Assembly (NCBI GenBank): GCA_963727625.1
Contig: CAVSHR010000008.1
Location: 288,001-352,000 of the forward strand
Length of the DNA: 64,000 nt
From: an uncultured delta proteobacterium
Lineage (GTDB): Bacteria; Desulfobacterota; Binatia; UBA9968
Direction of reading: 5' to 3'
Part shown: positions 18,928 through 28,325 of the stretch, one piece after another
Numbering within the stretch: position 1 is the stretch's first letter
Layout of the letters: each line of letters opens with the position of its first letter
Made by a program: the position numbers and the translations under genes
Notes under the pieces: model-generated
Seen by the model: the letters and a program-made list of their open reading frames with translations, nothing else
What the model was told of the DNA's origin: nothing
Databases searched by the model: none

Positions 18928-20436
18928 ATGAATCCAGCAAAGAAGCTGACAGCAGTGCTCTCATTGTCGATTGTTCTAGGTTTATTCCCAATGATCAGCG
19001 CAGTATCGGCCCAAGAGGCGCCGGCAGCGGGAGCGAAGGTAGAGGCGCCGGTGGCGGGAGCTACGGCGCCGGCAGCGGAAGCGAAGAAAGAAGATCCTGG
19101 AGCGGCGCCGGCGCAGTTTACGCAGGGGATGATGGTGCAGCTTGGCGATGCCAAGATAGCGATGGACACGATGTGGACGTTGATTGCCGGCATGCTGGTG
19201 TTTTTCATGAACCTGGGTTTTGCCTGCGTGGAGTCGGGTCTTTGTAGAGCCAAGAACACGGTGACGATCATGGCGAAGAATTTTGTGGTATTCGCCGCTT
19301 CCTCGATCGCCTTTTTAGTTTTGGGCTGGGGATTGATGTTTGGCGACGGCAATTCGCTTTTTGGCACGCAGGGATTGTTGTTTGCGAGCGGGATGGATAA
19401 CAGTCCGGTGATGGGGGATGCCTACAAGGGGGTTTATTCCTCGATCAACTGGACCGGCGTGCCGCTGTGGACGAAGTTTTTCTTTCAGTTGGTATTTGCC
19501 GGCACGGCGGCAACGATTGTTTCCGGAGCGGTTGCGGAAAGAATCAAATTTGGCTCGTTCTATATTTTCAGTTTCTTGATGGTCGGGATTATCTACCCGA
19601 TAACCGGTCACTGGATTTGGGGCGGGGGTTGGGCGGCCAAGCTCGGCATGTTCGACTTTGCCGGTTCCACGGTGGTGCATTCGGTGGGCGGCTGGGCGGC
19701 GTTGGCCGGAGCTATGGTTTTGGGTCCACGCATTGGCAAATTTAGCAAAGACGGCAAGGCGCTTCCCCTTCCAGGGCATAGCATCGCTATGGCGACGATC
19801 GGCGTGTTCGTGCTGTGGTTTGGCTGGTTTGGGTTTAACCCCGGCAGCACAATGGCGGCGGACGCCGGAGCGATCGGGCGGATTGCAGTGGCGACCAATA
19901 CCGCAGCGGCTGCGGCAGCGATCGCGGCATCGATCACGGCCTGGATGCTTTTGGGCAAGCCGGATCTGACGATGATACTCAATGGTGCCTTGGCCGGGCT
20001 GGTGGCGATCACGGCGCCCTGCGCGTTTGTGAGCATACCGAGCTCGTTGATTATCGGTTTGATCGCCGGCGTGCTGGTAGTCCTTTCGGTTTTATTCTTT
20101 GACAAGGTGAAGATTGACGATCCAGTGGGGGCGGTCTCGGTGCACTTGGTGTGCGGCGTATTGGGTACGCTGTGCGTGGGGTTGTTTGCGCAGGATCAGT
20201 TTACCCCTGGGACCACGGGCAACGGGTTGTTCTTTGGCGGCGGCGCCGGGCTGTTGATGGCGCAGCTGGCCGGAATAATCGGCGTGGGAGCTTTTGTCTT
20301 CGTGGTGTCGTTGATCTTTTGGAAGATTCTCCAGGCTACTATCGGCATTCGCGTGGCGGCCGAAGAGGAGATCGAAGGCCTCGATGTCGGCGAGCATGGT
20401 AACGTCGCTTACCCCGATTTCGTGGGGCGCTCGTAA
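18928..20436 (+). CDS. amtB: Ammonium transporter
   Basis: DFAGSTVVHSVGG, WFGWFGFN, DDPVGAVSVH, EIEGLD..EHG C-tail. Confidence 0.96.
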   Translation: MNPAKKLTAVLSLSIVLGLFPMISAVSAQEAPAAGAKVEAPVAGATAPAAEAKKEDPGAAPAQFTQGMMVQLGDAKIAMDTMWTLIAGMLVFFMNLGFACVESGLCRAKNTVTIMAKNFVVFAASSIAFLVLGWGLMFGDGNSLFGTQGLLFASGMDNSPVMGDAYKGVYSSINWTGVPLWTKFFFQLVFAGTAATIVSGAVAERIKFGSFYIFSFLMVGIIYPITGHWIWGGGWAAKLGMFDFAGSTVVHSVGGWAALAGAMVLGPRIGKFSKDGKALPLPGHSIAMATIGVFVLWFGWFGFNPGSTMAADAGAIGRIAVATNTAAAAAAIAASITAWMLLGKPDLTMILNGALAGLVAITAPCAFVSIPSSLIIGLIAGVLVVLSVLFFDKVKIDDPVGAVSVHLVCGVLGTLCVGLFAQDQFTPGTTGNGLFFGGGAGLLMAQLAGIIGVGAFVFVVSLIFWKILQATIGIRVAAEEEIEGLDVGEHGNVAYPDFVGRS

Positions 20437-20460
20437 CATAACAATTCAACTCAGCCAAAT

Positions 20461-20500
20461 GGGGAGCAGGGGGTACGATCATCCTGCTCCCTTTAGTTTT
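20461..20500 (+). terminator. Intrinsic terminator after amtB
   Basis: GGGAGCAGG...CCTGCTCCC followed by TTTAGTTTT. Confidence 0.7.
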
Positions 20501-20685
20501 ATTCCGCCGCCGCAGTGTTTTCCTTTCGGCCGTCGGTCCGGCGGGCTCGGAGAGAGATTGGCAGGGGCATTTGATTGTTGGCAATCCCGAGGTGTAATCC
20601 CGCGCAGGGTTAAGCAAATCGGCTCGCTCATTTGAAACAAAATCTTATCTATATCTGGTTCTAAGGTTGGCGGTCTGACCACGTG

Positions 20686-20772
20686 ATACGGGTCAGCAAA
20701 GAGACTGAGATCGAAGGCCTCGACTGGCCGGAAATGGGCACACTCGGCTATCCGAATTTCCAACTTCACTGA
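20686..20772 (+). pseudogene. C-terminal remnant of a second Amt transporter
   Basis: IRVSKETEIEGLDWPEMGTLGYPNFQLH* vs the AmtB tail IRVAAEEEIEGLDVGEHGNVAYPDF. Confidence 0.75.
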
Positions 20773-20947
20773 GGCCTGAAAATCGTTCGGTAACCCAACT
20801 ATAGCGACCCGTATTTGGAGCGGTGTGGCTCGCCGTCAGCCATTTTCCGGCATAAAACTTCAACGCTACATTCAACGACCGACTTCTAGACGTAGCTCTT
20901 AATTGTTCTGATGAGCGCCAGACAGACTGCATGGATTTTAGGCTGGG

Positions 20948-21074
20948 CGCTTATTTGCTGAGCAGCTTTTGTGCACCGATGGCGTCTCATTTTGACAGTC
21001 TTTGTAAATTCCTCATTGTTTTTGAACCCTATAATCAGCCGACCATGAATCAATGCCATGGCATTGCACTTGCT
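20948..21074 (+). promoter_or_regulatory. Sigma-54 promoter upstream of glnA with NtrC-like sites
   Basis: TGGCATTGCACTTGCT (GG 21060, GC 21072); CGCTT-N7-GAGCA at 20948-20964 and a TGCAC half-site at 20972. Confidence 0.75.
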
Positions 21075-21456
21075 CCCAAGAATTTAAATTAGGGAGGGCA
21101 TGGTGCATCCTGCCGAGGATCCTGTTCAGATAGCTTCCATCTAAGCGTGAGGGATGTGACTGTGCGGCTTTTCAAGTTGGACGAGTCGAAGCAGGTGCTT
21201 AACCGGACCGGTATCAAGAAATGACGGGGCGGTAGTCGTGTGTCGCGCGATCGCCGCGCGGTGAGCGAACGGATTTCACGACGACAGTGTAAGAAAAATG
21301 GCTTTGACGCACAACCGAGTTAAGGAAGCGCCGACAGCCGCCTCTATCACATTTATTTGTTTGAGATCGCCAGTTGGTGCGTGGCTCGACGAAAATTAAG
21401 TCTATGCAAACAACAATCAACTCAAGAACAAATTAATCAGGGAGGTCAATAAAAAT

Positions 21457-22869
21457 ATGTCAGTCAAAGACGCCTTAGAGATGGCGAAGAAGAACAAAGC
21501 GGAGATCGTGGATTTGAAGTTTATCGACGTGCCGGGATTGTGGCAGCATTTTTCGATACCGGCCACGGAGTTAAGCGCGGATATCTTCGAGCAAGGGTTG
21601 GGGTTTGACGGATCGAGCATTCGGGGATTTCAGTCGATCAACGAATCGGACATGATATTGCTGCCCGACCCCGACAGCGCGATGATGGACCCGTTCACCG
21701 AGCACTCCACGATCAGCTTTATCTGCAACGTCCTGGACGCCATCACGCGCGAGCCCTACAGCAGGGATCCCCGCTACATCACCCAGAAAGCCGAGAAGTA
21801 TTTAAAGTCGAGCGGGATAGCCGACATCAGCTACTGGGGGCCCGAGATCGAGTTTTTTATATTCGACAGCGTGCGGTTCGACCAGAACCAGCACGAAGGG
21901 TACTACCACGTCGACTCCGAAGAAGCCTTTTGGAACTCCGGCAAAGAAGGAATCAATCTGGGAAACAAGATTCGCTACAAAGAAGGGTATTTCCCGGTCC
22001 CGCCCATGGACCAGTACCAGGATCTAAGATCCGAAATGGTATTGAACCTGCAGAAATGCGGGATCACGGTCGAAGTGCACCACCATGAGGTCGCCACCGG
22101 CGGGCAGACCGAGATCGACATGCGCTTTGACACCATGACCAAGATGGCCGACAAGGTGCTGCTGTATAAGTACGTGGTCAAGAACACGGCCAGGAAAAGA
22201 GGCAAGGTGGTCACGGTCATGCCCAAGCCCCTGTTTCAAGACAACGGCTCGGGCATGCACTGCCACCAGAGCCTGTGGAAAACCGGCAAGAATATCTTCT
22301 ACGACAAGAAGGGCTACGGGCTGATCAGCGACACGGCGAGATACTACATCGGCGGGCTGATCAAGCACGCCCACGCGCTGTGCGCCTTTATCGCCCCCAC
22401 GACTAATTCTTACCGGAGACTGGTGCCGGGCTACGAAGCGCCGATTAACTTGGTTTATTCGGCCAGAAACCGAAGCGCCTGCGTGAGAATCCCGATGTAC
22501 TCCACCAGCGAGAAGGCCAAGCGGCTGGAGTTTAGGACCCCCGACCCCAGCGCCAACCCGTACTTTGCCTTCCCGGCCATGCTGATGGCGGGACTGGACG
22601 GGATCCGCAACAAGACCGAGCCGCCCAAGCCGATCGACAAGAACTTGTATGAGTTGGAGCCCGAAGAGGCGGCCAAGGTGAAGTCGATGCCGGGGTCTCT
22701 GGATCAAGCGCTTGATGCCTTGGAGAAGGACCATGACTTCTTGCTCAAGGGGGATGTGTTTACCAAGGACGTGATCGAGACCTGGCTGGAGTACAAGAGA
22801 AAGCACGAAGTGGACCCCATCCGGCTCCGACCCCACCCCTGGGAGTTCGCTCTGTATTTCGATATCTGA
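21457..22869 (+). CDS. glnA: Glutamine synthetase type I
   Basis: [34 protein letters not shown], adenylylation-site motif DKNLYEL. Confidence 0.97.
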   Translation: MSVKDALEMAKKNKAEIVDLKFIDVPGLWQHFSIPATELSADIFEQGLGFDGSSIRGFQSINESDMILLPDPDSAMMDPFTEHSTISFICNVLDAITREPYSRDPRYITQKAEKYLKSSGIADISYWGPEIEFFIFDSVRFDQNQHEGYYHVDSEEAFWNSGKEGINLGNKIRYKEGYFPVPPMDQYQDLRSEMVLNLQKCGITVEVHHHEVATGGQTEIDMRFDTMTKMADKVLLYKYVVKNTARKRGKVVTVMPKPLFQDNGSGMHCHQSLWKTGKNIFYDKKGYGLISDTARYYIGGLIKHAHALCAFIAPTTNSYRRLVPGYEAPINLVYSARNRSACVRIPMYSTSEKAKRLEFRTPDPSANPYFAFPAMLMAGLDGIRNKTEPPKPIDKNLYELEPEEAAKVKSMPGSLDQALDALEKDHDFLLKGDVFTKDVIETWLEYKRKHEVDPIRLRPHPWEFALYFDI

Positions 22870-22870
22870 T

Positions 22871-22934
22871 CAGGACTGAGGGCTGAGGAAAATGACGAAG
22901 CTATTTGCTCGCGAGATTCCCAGCCCTCATCCTG
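22871..22934. repeat. Short tandem-repeat palindromic element (heptamer arms)
   Basis: AGGACTG-AGGGCTG-AGG ... CCCAGCCCTCATCCTG. Confidence 0.45.
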
Positions 22935-22964
22935 CGTTACTCATCAATTTTGGTGAGGGGCTGT

Positions 22965-23711
22965 ATGGAAGAGGTACTGGTATTTCAGCATGATCCTTTT
23001 GAGGATCTTGGCTTCTTTGCCGAGGTCCTGGAAAAACAAAGAGCCGATTTCCGGGTCGTGCGTCTATTCCATGGCGAGATGCCGAACGAAGAGTGGGAAA
23101 ATGTCAGCGCGTTGATTGTTCTCGGCGGTCCGATGAGTGTGGATGAGGAAGAACGTTTTTCTTTTCTGCGCTGGGAAAAAAGGATCATTCGGGCGGCGAT
23201 CGACGAAGCAGTGCCCATTCTCGGCGTTTGCCTCGGTGCGCAGTTGATTGCGGCGACATTGGGCACGCCGGTGTTTCATGGCGCGGTCAAGGAGATCGGC
23301 TGGAGCCCAATTTCGATCACACCCCATGGGCAGGTGGATTCGCTGCTGGGCTATCTGCCGGAGAACGCCACGGTGTTTCAGTGGCATGGCGATGGTTTCG
23401 ATTTGCCGGCGGGCGCGATTCGGTTGGCTACTTCGGCGCATTACAACACCCAGGCTTTTCGCGTCGGCAAAATGATTTACGGACTGCAGTTTCATCTCGA
23501 GGTGACGCCCAGGATGATCGAGCGATGGATCGGTGAACGATCGAAGGATTTGGCGCTGGCGCCTTATGTGCTGCCCGACAAGATTCTCGCCGACTCGAAC
23601 AACTACGCGCCCACGTTGAAGTACTACGCGGAGCGGTTTCTGTCGGAATTTTTGCGCCGGAGCTACCGTTCGCGCGGCGGTAAATCGGACGCAAGACAGG
23701 CAAGCGAATGA
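22965..23711 (+). CDS. Type 1 glutamine amidotransferase
   Basis: LIVLGGPMSV, LGVCLGAQL (nucleophile Cys), QWHGD, GLQFHLE. Confidence 0.92.
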   Translation: MEEVLVFQHDPFEDLGFFAEVLEKQRADFRVVRLFHGEMPNEEWENVSALIVLGGPMSVDEEERFSFLRWEKRIIRAAIDEAVPILGVCLGAQLIAATLGTPVFHGAVKEIGWSPISITPHGQVDSLLGYLPENATVFQWHGDGFDLPAGAIRLATSAHYNTQAFRVGKMIYGLQFHLEVTPRMIERWIGERSKDLALAPYVLPDKILADSNNYAPTLKYYAERFLSEFLRRSYRSRGGKSDARQASE

Positions 23712-24295
23712 AAAGGGTCCTGGTCATAGATGACCATGAGCTTTCGCGCCGTCATCTCGTTTCTATTCTATCCGAGGGCGGGTATGAGATTGCCGGTGAA
23801 GGGGTGAGCGGGAAAATCGCTCTTCCGCTGGCGCGCACGGCCGGTCCGGATGTCATTTTGATGGCCGTTGGCCTGCCGGATATTGACGGCATCGACGCTT
23901 CGCGCGACATGATGCAGTCCTACCCGGTGCCCATCGTTCTAACGACCAGCCACTACGACGCCGCCACCATCGAGCGCGCCAAACTCGCCGGCGTGATGGC
24001 CTATTTGGTCAAGCCGCTGAGGGCCGAAGAGCTCCATCCGGCCATCGAGTTGGCGATCACGCGCTTTCAGGAATTCGTCGCGCTAAGGGAAGAAAATTCC
24101 ACGCTCAAGGAAACTCTTGAGGCGCGCAAACAAATCGAGCGCGCCAAAGGCTTGTTGATGCAACAGCGAGGCATGTCCGAAGAGCAAGCGTATACGCTGA
24201 TCAAGAAAACCAGCATGAACCTGCGCAAGCCGATGGCTGAGGTTGCTCAAGCGATCATTTTGGCCGGTGGCATTTTTCGCAATGATAAAACTTGA
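23708..24295 (+). CDS. ANTAR-domain response regulator (NasT/AmiR-like); receiver lacks the canonical phospho-Asp
   Basis: REC domain with PDVILMAVGLP (D replaced by A) plus ARKQIERAKGLLM...SEEQAY..IKKTSMN. Confidence 0.92.
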   Translation: MKRVLVIDDHELSRRHLVSILSEGGYEIAGEGVSGKIALPLARTAGPDVILMAVGLPDIDGIDASRDMMQSYPVPIVLTTSHYDAATIERAKLAGVMAYLVKPLRAEELHPAIELAITRFQEFVALREENSTLKETLEARKQIERAKGLLMQQRGMSEEQAYTLIKKTSMNLRKPMAEVAQAIILAGGIFRNDKT

Positions 24296-24316
24296 CGTTT
24301 TAAGCATGTGGTAAGC

Positions 24317-24430
24317 TGCTGGCTCTCTAGGCAGGTTCTGACTTCAGCCTAGGCAGTCCACAAGCCGATTAGCAAAACTCATGAAAATAACGTCGATTTT
24401 TCTCTCTTTAGACATGGCATAGCGATTGCT
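24317..24430 (+). promoter_or_regulatory. Sigma-54 promoter with two NtrC-like sites
   Basis: TGGCATAGCGATTGCT (GG 24416, GC 24428); 17-mers ending AGGCA at 24317-24333 and 24339-24355. Confidence 0.75.
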
Positions 24431-24440
24431 GTTTTAAACC

Positions 24441-24510
24441 AACGTAGGCAACGACGCCTGCGTTGAGCAAAGGCGCTCATCGGGAATCCGATTGAGTGCC
24501 TTTTTTATTT
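24441..24510 (+). ncRNA. ANTAR-binding two-hairpin RNA overlapping an intrinsic terminator
   Basis: AACGTAGGC-AACGAC-GCCTGCGTT and TGAGC-AAAGGC-GCTCA (AxxG hexaloops closed by C-G); terminator AAAGGCGCTCA-TCGG...CCGA-TTGAGTGCCTTTTTT. Confidence 0.88.
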
Positions 24511-24528
24511 TGGGCTAAGGAGGTTGGC

Positions 24529-24729
24529 ATGGCCAGGCTGCAGGCAAAGAGCATAACCGGAAAAATTTTCGACAATATCTTATTTCTTGAGGAGGTTTTT
24601 GGGGATCAGGCTGAGCAGGATATCCCCAAGTTGCCGGTTCTGGAAATGGCGCGCTGCTTCGACCTGGAAAGCCCGAGGGTTAGCCGTAACGGCCGACGAC
24701 GGAACAAGGCGTGGCCGCTGTGGAAATAA
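24529..24729 (+). CDS. Small hypothetical protein (66 aa), first gene after the ANTAR leader
   Basis: Strong AAGGAGG RBS, then ATG at 24529. Confidence 0.6.
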   Translation: MARLQAKSITGKIFDNILFLEEVFGDQAEQDIPKLPVLEMARCFDLESPRVSRNGRRRNKAWPLWK

Positions 24730-24735
24730 ATTCAA

Positions 24736-25077
24736 TTGAACTACCGAGTCAGCGAGCTGGTGGGGTGGTTCGTTATCAAACCGTCCGGGCGGGCGGAGAA
24801 CAACGAGCCGCTCCGAGTTCGACATTTGTTTCGCCGCTGGTTATCGCGCGAGGGCGTGGGCGTGATTATCGATTTGCAGGGACTGGACCAGTTGGGTGTT
24901 TGGGAAGTCGGTTTGCTGACTTCGTTCAAAAGAGAAATCGATCAACGCTCCGGTGTCCTGCGCATCTGCAATCTAGATCGAAAATTGCATGGCTATTTTC
25001 AAAACGACCGGTTCGCCGGTCAATTCGAGATCTATGAGGACATGGAAAGCGCGCTGGCGGGTAAGAGGAATAGATAG
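24736..25077 (+). CDS. STAS-domain (anti-sigma antagonist-like) protein
   Basis: VIIDLQGLDQL...GLL...GVLRICNL...FEIYEDMESAL pattern; TTG start uncertain. Confidence 0.7.
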   Translation: MNYRVSELVGWFVIKPSGRAENNEPLRVRHLFRRWLSREGVGVIIDLQGLDQLGVWEVGLLTSFKREIDQRSGVLRICNLDRKLHGYFQNDRFAGQFEIYEDMESALAGKRNR

Positions 25078-25854
25078 ATGGGCAAGGACTTAGAGGCAGT
25101 CACCGAGCTCCAAGCGAGAATTTATCAGATCCGCGGGCTCAAAGGCAGCAGCCATAGTTATGTTATCAAAGGCGATTACATGAACGTCATGATCGATTCG
25201 GGATCGGATCAGAACTTTCCGGTCTTGGAGCGTGGCTTGCGCCAGATCGGCCTCAAGGTGCGCGATATCAATCTGATTATCAACTCCCATGAACATTGCG
25301 ACCACATCGGCGCCAATCGCTACTTTCAAGAATGCTCGATGATCGCGGCGTATCGGCTGGCGGCGGCGAAGATGATCACCGGCGACTACTACGTCACCAT
25401 GTATACGAGCAATGACCTCAACGAAATGCCGATGCGCGTGCATCTATGGCTCGAGAACATGACCCGGATCGATCTTGGCAATTATACGTTGCGCGTGTTT
25501 CATACGCCGGGGCATACCTCGGGTTGTATCTCGATCATCGAAACTACCCGCGGCCTGTTATTTTCCGCCGACAGCGTTTTCGCCGGCGGCACGCTTTCGT
25601 ACATCGCCGAATCGGGCAGCATCGGCGACTACCTCGATTCCTTGGCGCGGCTGCGCTGTTTCGATTTGCGCGCGTTGTACCCGGGACACGGCAAGATTTC
25701 TGCGACACCGATCAGCGACATCGATCAAGCGATTCAGAACGCGCAACGGGTGCTCAAGCGACCGAGCGAAGCCGGGCCGCAGATTTTCTTTCAGAAACAA
25801 GTGGCGGATTGCGTTGCCGGCGCGCGGGTCGGGCATGACGCTCGAGGGTTGTGA
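25078..25854 (+). CDS. Metallo-beta-lactamase-fold hydrolase
   Basis: SHEHCDHIG, HTPGHTSG, LFSADSV, YPGHG. Confidence 0.88.
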   Translation: MGKDLEAVTELQARIYQIRGLKGSSHSYVIKGDYMNVMIDSGSDQNFPVLERGLRQIGLKVRDINLIINSHEHCDHIGANRYFQECSMIAAYRLAAAKMITGDYYVTMYTSNDLNEMPMRVHLWLENMTRIDLGNYTLRVFHTPGHTSGCISIIETTRGLLFSADSVFAGGTLSYIAESGSIGDYLDSLARLRCFDLRALYPGHGKISATPISDIDQAIQNAQRVLKRPSEAGPQIFFQKQVADCVAGARVGHDARGL

Positions 25855-25889
25855 CCGTGATGACGTAGAGACAGATTTGGGGAGGCACA

Positions 25890-26347
25890 ATGAATTCACT
25901 TTCTGACAATGTGGCGAGCGCCGGTTCGGGAGGGTTGAATGTTGAGCTCCTGGAGTCGAGCTTTAAGATGCTCGCGCCACGCACTCAAGAGTTCGTCGGG
26001 GCATTTTACGAAAGGCTTTTTACCGCCTACCCCGAGATACGGCGCTTTTTGCCGATACCGACATGGGGGAACAGCGAAAAAAGCCGGTTTCGGCCCTGGT
26101 TCTCGTCGTGGAGAACTTGCACCAACCGGACGCTTTGACCGGCGCGTTGAGCGCTCTGGTGTAGAAGCATCAAAGCTACGGCATCGGTCCAAAGTACTAT
26201 CCGATGGTCGGCGATGCGCTGCTCAAGACCATGAGTCTATTTCTCGCGGAACATTGGACGCCCGAGACCGAGCAGGCCTGAACCCAGGCCTATGGAGTGA
26301 TCACCCAAGCGATGTTGTCCGGCTACGTCGCGCCGCATGAACCTTAA
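25890..26347 (+). pseudogene. Single-domain globin pseudogene
   Basis: FYERLFTAYPEIRRF; frameshift in the T-run 26046-26050; TAG 26162 just before KHQSYG (proximal His); YPMVGDALL; TGA 26279 at a conserved W position. Confidence 0.85.
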
Positions 26348-26861
26348 GCATTGGGGAATCGCGATAGGTGCCGTCAGGACGTTGTCGCTAAGCATGGCAT
26401 TTATGCTGGACCGCCGTGGAGTATTTCTGCCGGGGCGCACTTCAGACGGCCATCATACCATCGAGCAGGCATGCAATTCCTGCCATGTCGCCTTTGGTGG
26501 CGTGCCCAACAAAAATTGCAGCGGCTGCCACGCGGCGGGAATTTTGATGGGGCTTCGAAATCTGCCGAAAATCACCAGCGAGTTGTTAACTAGCGGCTGC
26601 GATCCGAAGCGTCCCGCCGCACTCATTCAATTGGGCAGATTGGCGGTACAAAAAACCTCCATGGGCAACGTCGGGAGCATAGCCGACTTGGCGAGGGCGG
26701 AAAAATTCCGTTCGCCGACGGTCATCGTCATCGGCCAAGTGGCAAACTTCGCCCGGCAAATAGCCTGGTTTCACGAATTGCGTCAGGACGGATCAAGTTC
26801 CCTCGCAAACATCCCGGCAGAACAATTAAAGCAACGTATCGTCCAAGAACTGACCAACTAA
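26337..26861 (+). CDS. Chimeric ORF: N-terminal part of a multiheme cytochrome c fused to the C-terminal half of uroporphyrinogen-III methyltransferase
   Basis: GHH..CNSCH, CSGCH, then ILMGLRNLPKI...PAALIQLG...SPTVIVIGQV. Confidence 0.65.
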   Translation: MNLKHWGIAIGAVRTLSLSMAFMLDRRGVFLPGRTSDGHHTIEQACNSCHVAFGGVPNKNCSGCHAAGILMGLRNLPKITSELLTSGCDPKRPAALIQLGRLAVQKTSMGNVGSIADLARAEKFRSPTVIVIGQVANFARQIAWFHELRQDGSSSLANIPAEQLKQRIVQELTN

Positions 26862-26871
26862 AATTGGCAAC

Positions 26872-27008
26872 TGCACAGAAATGCAACAGAGCTGGTTAAT
26901 TTCTGGGCAGCAAACGCGTGTTACTGCGAGTGTGTTTTGGTAAATTTGCTTTACTTTCAAAGGGATGAAAGCTGTAGTTTTTCATTTGCCGGTGGCATTC
27001 CTATTGCT
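26872..27008 (+). promoter_or_regulatory. Sigma-54 promoter of the porin gene with NtrC-like sites
   Basis: TGGCATTCCTATTGCT (GG 26994, GC 27006); TGCAC-N7-CAACA at 26872 and TGGTT-N7-GGGCA at 26893. Confidence 0.72.
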
Positions 27009-27083
27009 GTTCTTTGGTCGAGTCTATTAACACTCGATTGCAGGCGTGTTACATTGCGGCTCAATTTGAAGGAGGTCAGTTCG

Positions 27084-28304
27084 ATGAAACTACGGTTCGC
27101 AACAATGGCATTTGTTCTCAGCTTGGTTGTCGGGACAACAGGGATGGGGCGGGCAGACGAGGACAAGCCTCTTGGGCCCGGCTGGCTCAGCTTAGACGGC
27201 AGTGTCGGCCTGCTCGATAATAAAATCGCCCAGGGCAAGGGCGCGCTGGAAAAAGCGTTGGGCATAAGCATCGGCGGGTTTTTGGACAGTAGCTATACTT
27301 GGAGCTCGAATCATCCGCGCAGCCCGTCGAACATTTCCGGGAGATACTTCGACAAGGATCAAAACAAAGTTGTTTTCAATGACTTTCACTTAGTGCTTGA
27401 CAAGCCCGAGAAAGATTGGGGAGTTGGTTTCCACATTGCTGGAGACTTCGGGCGAACCGGGGAACTCCTCCGCGAGGCAACCTTGTGGGGCAAAGCCTTT
27501 CACAAGGAGCCCTCGGCGGAATTGCGCGAAGCGTTCGTAACCACGACGATTCCTGTCGGTGAAGGGATCGGCGTCAAAGGGGGTCTTTTTGTGACGACTC
27601 TGGGCACAGAGATTTTGCTCAACCCGGGTGCGTATAATGATAACATCTCCCGATCTTTTCTATTTAATTATGCTATTCCGCTGCGCCACCTCGGCATGAT
27701 GTTCAGCTATCCTATTCACAAGATGGTATCTGTGAGCGCGGGCGTCGTGACGGGTTGGGATGATCCTTACGACAATAACCATCAGCCGTCGGGAATGTGG
27801 GGTTTGAGCTTCACCCCGATGGATCAATTCTCACTGACGAGTAGTTTCATTTATGGGCCAGAACAAGGAAACAATGACGCCAATAAGCGCTTCACCATGA
27901 GCCATGTGGCGATATTTAAGCCAATAGATCCGCTGGCGATCACCCTAGAGTATTCCTACGGCCACGAAGGCAAGGCTTCCTTAGGCGGCACGCGCGACGC
28001 GAGTTGGCAGGGAGTTGCCGGCATCGTTTCGTACAACTGGACGGATCGTTTTACCACGGCGTTCCGCGGCGAAGTATTCGATGACCCCGACGGCGCGCGT
28101 CTGGGCGGCAACTTTTACGGAACGCATGCCGACCAAACCGTCGGTGAAATCACTTTCACCGGTTCTTACAAGCTCACCAAGATGCTGCTTGGCCGTCTTG
28201 AATTCCGCCAGGATTGGTCCGACGAAGCATACTTCAAGCGGGGATCGACCAAAGCCGACAAGAATCAATCGACCTTGGCGGCGCAGCTCATCTACGCGTT
28301 CTAG
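27084..28304 (+). CDS. Outer-membrane beta-barrel porin (BBP2/OmpL-like)
   Basis: Signal peptide, YNDNISRSFLF..AIP..HLG, RLEFRQD, C-terminal IYAF; AAGGAGG RBS. Confidence 0.82.
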   Translation: MKLRFATMAFVLSLVVGTTGMGRADEDKPLGPGWLSLDGSVGLLDNKIAQGKGALEKALGISIGGFLDSSYTWSSNHPRSPSNISGRYFDKDQNKVVFNDFHLVLDKPEKDWGVGFHIAGDFGRTGELLREATLWGKAFHKEPSAELREAFVTTTIPVGEGIGVKGGLFVTTLGTEILLNPGAYNDNISRSFLFNYAIPLRHLGMMFSYPIHKMVSVSAGVVTGWDDPYDNNHQPSGMWGLSFTPMDQFSLTSSFIYGPEQGNNDANKRFTMSHVAIFKPIDPLAITLEYSYGHEGKASLGGTRDASWQGVAGIVSYNWTDRFTTAFRGEVFDDPDGARLGGNFYGTHADQTVGEITFTGSYKLTKMLLGRLEFRQDWSDEAYFKRGSTKADKNQSTLAAQLIYAF

Positions 28305-28325
28305 AGAAATTAGTTCTTTCGCGCC

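Noticed and set aside
26279-26281. In-frame TGA in the globin as a possible third selenocysteine
   Set aside because: Falls at a conserved Trp position (TGG>TGA), no SECIS-like hairpin seen, and the gene has two other lesions
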